Shown: positions 21,498-30,512 of the stretch, in pieces | Position numbering within the stretch: the first letter of the stretch is position 1 | Layout: every line of letters begins with the position of its first letter | NCBI RefSeq assembly: GCF_053078305.1 | Contig: NZ_CP166879.1 | Strand: one strand, 5' to 3' | Length of the DNA: 64,000 nt | Made by a program: the position numbers and the translations under genes | Notes under the pieces: model-generated | The model's input: the letters and a program-made list of their open reading frames with translations, nothing else | What the model was told of the DNA's origin: nothing | Databases searched by the model: none

Positions 21498-22427
21498 TTG
21501 AACAGCAGAAAATTTGCGAGCATGATCGCAATTATTTCACTGCCAGGGATATCAATGGCTTCCAGTAAATCGCTACAGCAGGCAATTGCCAATATAAAAA
21601 TCTGGCATAAGGGTGAACAGCGCGCGCCGCATAAGCCATTGTTATTGCTATACGTATTAGCGGGATACCTGCATGGACATCCGCGCCTTTTCGATTATGG
21701 CTCGGAAATCTACGAACCTCTGCACAGTTTACTGGAACGTTTTGGGCCACAGCGTTCACAGTACCGACCTGATATGCCGTTCTGGCGATTACAAGGCGAC
21801 GGATTCTGGCAATTACACAATGCCGAGCGTTGCTCAACAGCAGGGAGCAGCCGACAACCGCCAGTGAAGGAACTGAACGAATACCACGTTGCAGGCGGTT
21901 TCGATGAACAGCACTACGCCCTGGTAACCGGCAATAAAAAACTCATCAATACTCTGGCGCAACAGATACTCGAAGCGCACTTCACCGAGAGTATTCAGGA
22001 AGAAATTGCTGACGAGCTGGGTTTTGATCTCCAGCAAATCCGTAAACAGCGCGACCCGTTATTTCGCAAAAATGTATTACGCGCTTATAAATACCAGTGC
22101 GCGATATGTGGCTTTAATATGCGCCACGACGACACCACCGTCGCGCTGGAAGCGGCGCATATAAAATGGAAACAGCACGGCGGTCCTTGTGAAATTCCTA
22201 ATGGCCTGGCGCTTTGCGCAATTCACCATAAAGCCTTTGATAAAGGATCGATTGGCCTGGACGAAAATATGCGGGTACTGGTATCAGATGCGGTAAACGG
22301 CGGAGGGATCGTTGAGAGATTATTCTGGGATTTTGACGGGAAAACTATTGCGTTGCCGCAGGTGCGTAAAAATTACCCTTATGAGGGGTTTGTGGAGTGG
22401 CATCGGAAAGAGGTTTTTAGGGGGTGA
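21498..22427 (+). CDS. HNH endonuclease-domain protein with ~180-aa N-terminal putative DNA-recognition domain (predicted restriction endonuclease type)
   Basis: C-terminal CAICGF...HIKWKQHGG...NGLALCAIHHKAFD HNH-like motif; divergent from preceding HNH gene. Confidence 0.6.
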   Translation: MNSRKFASMIAIISLPGISMASSKSLQQAIANIKIWHKGEQRAPHKPLLLLYVLAGYLHGHPRLFDYGSEIYEPLHSLLERFGPQRSQYRPDMPFWRLQGDGFWQLHNAERCSTAGSSRQPPVKELNEYHVAGGFDEQHYALVTGNKKLINTLAQQILEAHFTESIQEEIADELGFDLQQIRKQRDPLFRKNVLRAYKYQCAICGFNMRHDDTTVALEAAHIKWKQHGGPCEIPNGLALCAIHHKAFDKGSIGLDENMRVLVSDAVNGGGIVERLFWDFDGKTIALPQVRKNYPYEGFVEWHRKEVFRG

Positions 22428-22468
22428 GGTTGATAACTATCGCAGTATGTTCAATATTGCTGACATAA

Positions 22469-22651
22469 TCAGTGCAGGATCTTGCCGCTAGTTTACAACT
22501 CGCCTTCGATAGCGGCGCAAAACGAGTTCTGTTGCCGATATCCTCGGCTATGGATATTCCAACAGTTCCGGCAGAGTTGTTTACCAAGTTTCAGGTAAGT
22601 TTTTACTCAGAACCGGTTGATGCGGTTTATAAGGCGCTGGATGTGAATTAA
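22469..22651 (+). pseudogene. Start-less 3' gene fragment encoding a Lon-protease-like C-terminus (...GAKRVLLPISSAMDIPTVPAELF...VDAVYKALDVN*)
   Basis: 60-codon open frame without start, GC-rich island in AT-rich surroundings, resemblance to Lon C-terminal region (GIKxVLIP...) from memory. Confidence 0.35.
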
Positions 22652-23049
22652 CACATTCCTCAGCTTATTTATAAAAGGATTATTCCCATTTGATATAATA
22701 TCAGTGCCAATTTACTTTTTTCAATGGAATATATCTCGGCTAAATAACAATAAAACTTATCGCTAATGGATTAAATAAACAATTTTCTAATTCATTTCAC
22801 CACCTTTGATATAGAAATTGATGGTGTTGTCGCTGCCATTGCTTATGGTGATGATAAAATCCACGTTTCTGGATCGTTGCGTAGAAAATCATCACTACCT
22901 TGATATTTTGATGCGATATGATCATACCGTTCCGTAGTACCAATTTCAATTTCAGGCTAAACCCCAACATTAAAAAAATTAGAGTTATTCACTGATTATA
23001 TTATCAATAATATAATCAGTGAATAACATGGACTATATAATAAATTGCT

Positions 23050-25320
23050 CTAATCATTTCCCTTACGAATATATGGGCCAAAAGCCCAAGAATCATAATA
23101 AGGGTGATGGACTAGTTTTTCATTAAATCGAACACTATAAGTTAATTTTTTTATATTTTTACGTACAGCATTAATACTGGGCAAAGAGGAAAGATAATCT
23201 ATAAACTTATCGATAGTGATTTCCCCTTCGCAACACTCAAACCCATCAATGATATTTTTCGCCATTTTTCCATTTTCATTTGTTTGATATATCACTCCAG
23301 GTATTCGTTGAAAAAAACTAGATAATGCATATTTGTCCGCTACATATGTATCATCCACATGATATTTCCCACCGAGCATAGTTGTAGTAACAATAAGCTT
23401 ATACACACCTTTGGGTTGCCATGTTGATGGTAGTTCGAATTCTTTAATGATCACATCAAGATGATTAAGATAATGTTCAGAAATTCGATTTATTTGTTGA
23501 AAATAAGAACGCATAAATTTATTATTATGATCATGTATTAATGAGCTATCTCCAACGATGTTACACACTTGCTGATAGTACTTACCATAATATATTGGTT
23601 GACCATTTGATTTTAGTTCTGTAAAAATCAAACAATCATCCAGGAGAATCACGCAATCGCACTGATAATTAGCATGAGCATCAATTGGAGAAGCTTTAAT
23701 CCCCGCATCACGAACTTGTTTTATAAATTGTTGCTCATGAAATCGCCCTTTACTTGCTTGAGAAATTTTTTTGGAACCAAATAATGACATTAGAGAGCGA
23801 GTCACTGAGCTATTTGCTATTAATGCAGGCATTAAGCATAAACCGTCCATACAGGGAATAAATGGGCAATCATTAAGATCATGTGATTTTGAATTGAAGG
23901 TAAAATAATCTATCAGTTTTTTTGCTGCATCTGCTGCAATCCCCTTACGTTGAAAGAATGATAACCAACTCTCACGGCTTTTTATGATCAGCCAGCGATC
24001 CAACTGTAGGGGTATAGGTTTTGTCGATGAAAATCTTTTGCTCATTTCTTCTTTAGATAACTCGACTAAACATTGATAAGCGTGCACCCAATTAAATAAT
24101 GATATATTCCCATATTCTTCATGAAGGTCATCAGGAGATATATTTTCCAACTCGCTTAGATGAAATGAGCTAAAAACGCCATCAGAATTTAAGTAAGATG
24201 GCATATGATCCTTTACCCAACTATTTAGATGAAAATGTTTGTTACTAAATTCATGAACTTCGCTATATAGATGTGACGCTCTCATCATTAGTCTATTTCT
24301 TGCAATCTCATAATCTCGGTATAAACAAAAACTATCAACCTCAAGAGAGTAAATGTTATTATCCAATTTTGTAAATACTGCACTACTTAGTCTGAAAAAG
24401 TCTCTTACTCTGCTTAATGAGTCAAAAACATTCCACTCATTAAGGTACCCTCCCATTGAAAGCAAGGTTTGTTTATTCACACAAGAAGTTAGTTTCAATG
24501 GCTCATGAGTCCGTAAATAAGAAAATATTCGTCCGGTGTAATTGGCTACCTCATCAAATGCCCTATCGATAACTCGAAAATATTCGATATCAGGTTCAGC
24601 ATGAATATTAATATTTTCAGAAACGATTACTCTGCTTAATGAGTCAAAAACATTCCACTCATTAAGGTACCCTCCCATTGAAAGCAAGGTTTGTTTATTC
24701 ACACAAGAAGTTAGTTTCAATGGCTCATGAGTCCGTAAATAAGAAAATATTCGTCCGGTGTAATTGGCTACCTCATCAAATGCCCTATCGATAACTCGAA
24801 AATATTCGATATCAGGTTCAGCATGAATATTAATATTTTCAGAAACGATAAATAATGGAAAAATCCTCTTCATTTTTTTAGGATCATTGACCACAACCAA
24901 GGATGATAATGATGATAAAAACATCTCACAAAACATGATGAGATTAAGTATTAATGCATGTGATTTTTTTGTATTTTTACGCCAAATACCAGCACATTTT
25001 GTAGCCGCAAAGAAAGAATTATTTATATCATGCATAATTTTACATTGACTCTCGAACTCAGAAATTAGTTCAATGTTATCAGGAAATGAGTTTACTAGCT
25101 CATTAATACATTTTTTGAATGTATTGTTATACTCAACTTCAGTCTGAACTGAAAATCTATTATAATAGATGGAAGATATTCTCAGCACATCCAAGGCGAT
25201 ATCTATACTAATATCATCTCTTTTTATGTACTCACAAAAAAAAGAACAAAACTGTTTCGGGTCGTTAGCAAGATTACTAATTCTAGTGGTATCATAAACT
25301 TTTTCCATTTTTCCATACAT
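23050..25320 (-). CDS. Hypothetical 756-aa AT-rich orphan protein; C-terminal region has a PD-(D/E)xK-like motif (CDCVILLDD...FTELK)
   Basis: Long uninterrupted ORF, low GC, no recognisable family; nuclease motif is inference only. Confidence 0.6.
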   Translation of the reverse strand: MYGKMEKVYDTTRISNLANDPKQFCSFFCEYIKRDDISIDIALDVLRISSIYYNRFSVQTEVEYNNTFKKCINELVNSFPDNIELISEFESQCKIMHDINNSFFAATKCAGIWRKNTKKSHALILNLIMFCEMFLSSLSSLVVVNDPKKMKRIFPLFIVSENINIHAEPDIEYFRVIDRAFDEVANYTGRIFSYLRTHEPLKLTSCVNKQTLLSMGGYLNEWNVFDSLSRVIVSENINIHAEPDIEYFRVIDRAFDEVANYTGRIFSYLRTHEPLKLTSCVNKQTLLSMGGYLNEWNVFDSLSRVRDFFRLSSAVFTKLDNNIYSLEVDSFCLYRDYEIARNRLMMRASHLYSEVHEFSNKHFHLNSWVKDHMPSYLNSDGVFSSFHLSELENISPDDLHEEYGNISLFNWVHAYQCLVELSKEEMSKRFSSTKPIPLQLDRWLIIKSRESWLSFFQRKGIAADAAKKLIDYFTFNSKSHDLNDCPFIPCMDGLCLMPALIANSSVTRSLMSLFGSKKISQASKGRFHEQQFIKQVRDAGIKASPIDAHANYQCDCVILLDDCLIFTELKSNGQPIYYGKYYQQVCNIVGDSSLIHDHNNKFMRSYFQQINRISEHYLNHLDVIIKEFELPSTWQPKGVYKLIVTTTMLGGKYHVDDTYVADKYALSSFFQRIPGVIYQTNENGKMAKNIIDGFECCEGEITIDKFIDYLSSLPSINAVRKNIKKLTYSVRFNEKLVHHPYYDSWAFGPYIRKGND
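24406..24849. repeat. Perfect tandem duplication of a 222-bp unit (2 copies) inside the 756-aa ORF, in frame (74-aa duplication)
   Basis: Identical DNA blocks beginning tactctgcttaatgagtcaaaaacattcc at 24406 and 24628; protein repeat VIVSENINIHAEPDIEYFRV... x2. Confidence 0.9.
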
Positions 25321-25996
25321 CCTATTGTCTAAATTACTATAAAACTAGCCACTTAACTAATAATTATAAATTTCATCTTTTACACCTTGCATTTTTATAA
25401 CCAATGAAATCTACAACAAGCAACTGATGGATAATCCGATATTGGTCGCATTTAATGGCATGGTAGCAAAGTTTTCATCACATACCTCCTTTGCACCAGA
25501 ATAAACGCCAGAGATCTGAAATTGCGAGTACACTACAGAAATTGTACTGCTGGTCCCATCAGCATAAAACCATAGTTACACAGGTAATCATCATTATTCG
25601 CCAAGATAATAAATATTATTCGGTAGAATAGCGTTCTCAGGTGGTCAGTAAAATTGTCTTCAACAAGATGTCTGCGCATCTCGTCTGCTAGCCCTACATA
25701 ACTGCTCTCGACCGAAACTATTTATTGAATGTTCACCAAGGTGGGCGTGGAGACAAAATGACGTCTTTTGATATTAGCTACCTGAGCCACATGGTCAAAA
25801 CGTTCAAGTAGCATAGCGAAACCACCCTGCCCACGTAATGTGGACGATGCAGCTTCCAGCCAGAGCAAACTTGGGACCATCGACTACAAAATGAAGAATA
25901 CTGAACTGCTTTTCTGGCAGGCCTATATACTGCACGGATATGGGTGATTTCAGACACAAAAAAAGCCGCCCTTGAGCGACTCGATTTGCATACGGT

Positions 25997-26020
25997 GTGG
26001 TGCGAAGGCCGGACTCGAAC
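25997..26020. repeat. Direct repeat of leuX 3' end (attachment-site repeat) marking the distal boundary of the P4-like element
   Basis: tggtgcgaaggccggactcgaac matches leuX 3' end tggtgccgaaggccggactcgaac (38719-38742) at 23/24. Confidence 0.8.
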
Positions 26021-26285
26021 ATTTAATTAAACAACTGTATTTAAATAGTTTTTGTATTTAAAAATGAATTGATGCCCCTTTTTGTGCCCCCATTACCAAA
26101 ATAACAACCTAACCTTGTACTAAAAAAGAGATTTTTCAATGTAGGCACTCTGGTTCGGCTACGCTTACCGGAGACGAACCTGAACATAAGAAATCTGAGA
26201 TAACTTCATAGTAATCATCTTTAACACTTTTGACCAATAATATCTATCATAAAGGCAGAGAAATTAATCTCTGCCTTTATTAAGG

Positions 26286-27154
26286 TCACATAAAAAGATT
26301 ATTAATTAGAGTACACTGTTGACATCCATTAATATCTACAGCTTTTAAAAAATCTGTGTTACTAATCAAAACAGCATTACTAACACCTGAAAACTGCAGC
26401 TGTGCATACATACCTAAGATAGATTTTTTTTCGTAATACTGAGATCTTCCTGTATAACTTTCACCAGTATTAGAACTTATAAATCGCCTCGTTCTTTCTT
26501 GTATCAATAAATTATTTTTAAGGAAGCTCAAAATATCTTGCTGCAATTGTTTGTTTTTGTTATGAAAATAACATAACAATTGATCCTCTAAGGTACCAAG
26601 CTGAGTGTTAACGTCATGAAAAATATACCCCCCCATTCACTCCCATTAAACTCAATAATACTTCCATTGGAGAGTTGAGTAGTATCTTCTAAACCTATCT
26701 CATTTTTAATCTCTGTTATTCTGGCATCAATGCCAAGTTCATCAGCATCAAAAAAATATAAAAATCTATATGCAATTTCTATACTGAAGTCATCTGTACC
26801 AGAAAGTTCTTTATACATAGTGACTAACTCAGCCCTTTCACGACTTCTGCCATCACCATTTAGATTATGTATAAAAATTAAGTTCCCGTTATGATAGAAA
26901 CAAACAGAAGGTAGTTTTGGCCCGTTTGGCTGAAAGCCAAGTTTTTTATCTGGAATTCTTACTTGACTTAGTTCTTTTTCAAAGCGTTTATCAAACGGTG
27001 GAGGTAATTGACCAATTTTAAGATCTTGAAGTTGGAATCCATTAACTAAAAGAATTCTGCTAAGAAAAGCGACGTCATGCTGTCCTTCACAAAAGGCAAC
27101 TATGACTCTATTATAAGATACACTCACAATTTTAGCCTCTAATATCAAGATCAA
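26286..27154 (-). CDS. Toprim-like (OLD/DUF4435-like) putative nuclease partner, split into two overlapping frames (188 aa + 116 aa) by a frameshift at a G7 homopolymer (26628-26634)
   Basis: Candidate Toprim acidic residues (CEGQHD ... FFDADE); the two frames join if the run were G8; start ambiguous (TTG at 27154 or GTG at 27127 preceded by GAGG). Confidence 0.5.
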
Positions 27155-29369
27155 TATTTTTTATCAAATAGCCAAATCTTTCGCCATCAGCCCTTTTCAC
27201 TACTACTTTATCGTCAACTTTGCTTAACTGAAATCCAGTAATGCAATCATTATTATAATCATTATTTAAAAAAGCTCTGATACATTCACCCGAATGTGAC
27301 GTAAGGAACACTTGCACATTGAAACGTTCTGCAAGTTGTTGCGTAAATTTAGTAAACTCCAATAGTAAACTATAATGAATCGCAGTTTCAAATTCATCAA
27401 TAAAAAGTACACCGTTACGACATGCAGCAAAAGATAAAGCTATATAAAAGATGCGCTGAATACCCTCTCCATAAGAAGTAAGATCGAAACTTCTGTTAAA
27501 ATCATATGCTGATTCTACGATAAACCTTTTGAGCTCCATGTCTTCAGTAAATCTGACATCTTTTATCGTTGGCTCAATTTTATTCATGAATTCAATAACA
27601 AGGCCGATAGCGGATTGTATATTTAAATCATCTGATTCTGAGTCAGTTACAGACGTTAAATTTGCACCTATACTTTTGTTATAATCAGTGAGCAAATCGT
27701 CTATATCGTAGAAATAAGGGCTTTTAAATGACGATGAACACAAATGCGAAACTTGATCAGCGTTCCTTCTCATACGTTCATGGATAAAAGTATGGACTGT
27801 GTTATTTCTAAATTCTCCATCAATGCTAGACTTTAAGCTATAAGATGCTATATAGTCATCTTGTTTATCAATTGAAGAATCATCATATTTAATCATTTCA
27901 ACAGTAACATTACTATCATCAAATACTCCTGACAAGATTATTTTATCTTGGAAAAGAGCATTTAGCAATGTTGGACTCAAAGTACTGATTTTATTTTTTT
28001 GCCTAATAAGATTAAAATGCGATGAAATATCATTACGCTGCGTCAATAAGTAAATTGCTTCAAGCAATGAAGTTTTTCCAGCATTATTAAAGCCAGCAAT
28101 GATATTAATCTTATTGAAATTATCCAATGAGAAGTTTTTAAAGAATTTATATTTTTTGATATAAATGGATTTAAAATGTTTTTTTACTCCATACTCAAAA
28201 TTAGTTGTATAGTTTCCTCCTTCGATATTTATAGCCATCTGCTTTGGCATTATTTGTGTTAGTTTTTCTTTTGCATCATCTAATAAGCGCAAATCCTCTT
28301 GGTTTATGAGGCTACTATATAGATTTAAATCCTTTAAGGCGTCTTCAAGCTTGCTTAAAGCATTTTTATAGTTTTGCTGATTTACTGAACCGCTCGCAGC
28401 TAATCCTCTTGCAAGGCTACGTTCATCCTCCATTACCTTCAAGGCTTTTTCATTATTGATGAACAAAGCAAGATCTCGTATCTCAAGAGATTTAGTAATT
28501 ATAGGTTCTAGCTCAACGTATTCACCATTACTTTCCTCTTCAATATCATCTTCTAGCTCATTTTTCTCAAGGTATTCATCTGTTTTAGAGATCCACGAAA
28601 AAAGCCTATCAAGATTCACTAAATTTCTAGCATAATAACCGTTATCACTCCAGTCTAACCAAGATTTAATTACAGGCTTTTTGATTATTTCTTCAAAAAT
28701 ACCAAACATACTTGGTTCGAATTGCTCACCATACTCACTTGTTTTATATAAGGAAATTAGATTATAAACTCTAAGCATAGAGCGAAGACGCGTTTTAGAA
28801 ATACCGAGCGAACTAACTAGCTCATCTTCTTTTTCAACATACTCATCTCGAGTTTTGTCTTCATATGGTTTTAAAAAATCATAAAGCAGTTTGGACTGAT
28901 TATATGTTGACCACTTTTTATTACCACTTATATGCTTTAATCCCATTACAATCAGATGTTTTTCAACATCTTGATTATTATGGATTTCGAAAGGAACACT
29001 TCTAAAAATAGATGGATCTAGTTTTCCAATATCAAACCCCTTTTCATATGCTTCTTGCAATGCTTTCAGCGCCGTTACACGACGATTTCCCTCAAGGACT
29101 AAATAATTGTTATCTCCTAAATCCTTTACTTGAATAACATCAACATCTAAGTATCCATTAGATTTAAAACTTGCTATTAGATCTTTGATATTCTCTTGTC
29201 TATTTCCTTCTATAAAAAAGCGAGTCCTACGCTGAATTGTTGGATCTAGCATGTCCTTTTCTGAGACTGGCTTGTGCTGGTCATTGTCAACAAAACGGTA
29301 GTTATTAGGATCTAGAAATAAATTTTTTAAATTTTTGCTAATGCGCGGGCGAATTTGCTCGACATTCAT
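27132..29369 (-). CDS. ParB/Srx-like N-terminal domain fused to ABC-type (AAA_15/21, OLD/AriA-like) ATPase; putative anti-phage defence ATPase
   Basis: N-terminal LVLEGNRRVTALKAL (ParB GxRR-like); C-terminal Walker A GFNNAGKTS, signature-like SYGEG, Walker B VLFIDEFE, H-loop TSHS; GAGGTGA RBS before ATG. Confidence 0.65.
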   Translation of the reverse strand: MNVEQIRPRISKNLKNLFLDPNNYRFVDNDQHKPVSEKDMLDPTIQRRTRFFIEGNRQENIKDLIASFKSNGYLDVDVIQVKDLGDNNYLVLEGNRRVTALKALQEAYEKGFDIGKLDPSIFRSVPFEIHNNQDVEKHLIVMGLKHISGNKKWSTYNQSKLLYDFLKPYEDKTRDEYVEKEDELVSSLGISKTRLRSMLRVYNLISLYKTSEYGEQFEPSMFGIFEEIIKKPVIKSWLDWSDNGYYARNLVNLDRLFSWISKTDEYLEKNELEDDIEEESNGEYVELEPIITKSLEIRDLALFINNEKALKVMEDERSLARGLAASGSVNQQNYKNALSKLEDALKDLNLYSSLINQEDLRLLDDAKEKLTQIMPKQMAINIEGGNYTTNFEYGVKKHFKSIYIKKYKFFKNFSLDNFNKINIIAGFNNAGKTSLLEAIYLLTQRNDISSHFNLIRQKNKISTLSPTLLNALFQDKIILSGVFDDSNVTVEMIKYDDSSIDKQDDYIASYSLKSSIDGEFRNNTVHTFIHERMRRNADQVSHLCSSSFKSPYFYDIDDLLTDYNKSIGANLTSVTDSESDDLNIQSAIGLVIEFMNKIEPTIKDVRFTEDMELKRFIVESAYDFNRSFDLTSYGEGIQRIFYIALSFAACRNGVLFIDEFETAIHYSLLLEFTKFTQQLAERFNVQVFLTSHSGECIRAFLNNDYNNDCITGFQLSKVDDKVVVKRADGERFGYLIKNIDLDIRG

Positions 29370-29634
29370 ATGTCACCTCAATGGTGTAGGAACTATACAA
29401 TGCAACTTTACTTGATACCTCAGCAATCAACAACTTCATGTTTTTGAAACTAAGCGCGCGCAGCCCCGCACGCCTGCCCGCTTCGCTTAACAGACTGGTT
29501 TTCATGCACCTCATAAATCGTCTCAGAAGCCACCAAACAAGGGTTTTCTCGTCAAAAATGGTGCATAAGACTCATGCGTTTTCATGCGCCATAGACATGC
29601 ACTCATTCGCTCTCATGCCAGCCAGGAAAAGGGG

Positions 29635-29662
29635 ATAAAAAATCCCGGTACTGGACCGGGAT
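29635..29662 (-). terminator. Rho-independent terminator after the delta/Ogr gene
   Basis: Stem atcccggt-loop-accgggat followed by T-run on the minus strand. Confidence 0.55.
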
Positions 29663-29682
29663 TACGTGGGCGTTCTTTCTAA

Positions 29683-29964
29683 TCAGACAGGAATCTGCTG
29701 ACGGCTTGACAGTTTTGACGCGGAGCCATAGCGATTAAGTGTTTGCTGTTGTTTTTCCGGGGATTGTGCTTTGTCTGATAGCTGTTCATTGCGTCGGGGT
29801 TTCATGATTATCTTATCCACACTCTCCAGTGCCGTAAATGTGCAGGAACATTCCAGATTCTGGCACTGATACCACGAGCGTTTAACTGACGGAGCTTCAT
29901 AGGCTGCTGTTCTGGCGTGTGCAACTGTACCGCATTCCGGACATTTAAGTGCCATTAATATCAC
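29683..29964 (-). CDS. Ogr/Delta-family zinc-finger late-gene activator
   Basis: MALKCPECGTVAHARTAAYEA...WYQCQNLECSCTF matches the Ogr C4 zinc-finger pattern. Confidence 0.8.
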   Translation of the reverse strand: MILMALKCPECGTVAHARTAAYEAPSVKRSWYQCQNLECSCTFTALESVDKIIMKPRRNEQLSDKAQSPEKQQQTLNRYGSASKLSSRQQIPV

Positions 29965-30512
29965 TCCTGTATATCGTTAATGTCATTCAGGCGTTGCTGA
30001 AAACGCAGATGTTGTGCCGGGGTGTAAGAGCCCTGGCAATCACGAATCATCCCGGGGTCAGGCATCAAACCGGATTCATCCAGGATCTCACGATAATCCC
30101 CGGCAATTTCAGGCGGTGTTATTGTCAGCTGGCGAACCAGAGCACTGCGTAATATACGGGACGCAACGTCAACCCCTCCGCGCCCCTTCAGGAACGGAGC
30201 CAGTGCAGATGTCAGGGCTGCCCCATTCGCCTGCATAAAATTGCTGAGAGCGGCTTCTGTGCAGGCTTCCATCAGTAAATGCTGCGAGTAAATGCATTCG
30301 CGCGCAGCACAGTTAATTTGCCATTTCAGCACATCCAGACGTTCCCGCAGTAATTCGAGCTGTCGGGCATAATCTGCTGGTTTTTCTGTGGCAGCGAGGA
30401 GAGATGCTATCTGTTGTTCAACGGCTTTTCGGCTCTCACTATGTCCGGCCCACAGAATACGGGCATTCCGAAAACTGGTAAGTGCCTGGTCAGGCGTGCC
30501 TCGGGCCGTCAT
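29961..30512 (-). CDS. P4-like late-operon protein (tentatively Psu-like)
   Basis: 183-aa helical protein in late operon between Sid-like and delta genes; assignment by size and position only. Confidence 0.4.
   Translation of the reverse strand: MTARGTPDQALTSFRNARILWAGHSESRKAVEQQIASLLAATEKPADYARQLELLRERLDVLKWQINCAARECIYSQHLLMEACTEAALSNFMQANGAALTSALAPFLKGRGGVDVASRILRSALVRQLTITPPEIAGDYREILDESGLMPDPGMIRDCQGSYTPAQHLRFQQRLNDINDIQE

Noticed and set aside
25804-26022. 72-aa minus-strand ORF abutting the att repeat
   Set aside because: Overlaps the tRNA-derived direct repeat and junction sequence; probably non-coding remnant DNA.
29438-29638. 66-aa + strand ORF between the ATPase gene and delta
   Set aside because: Falls in the probable promoter/terminator region of minus-strand operons; no RBS; likely spurious.
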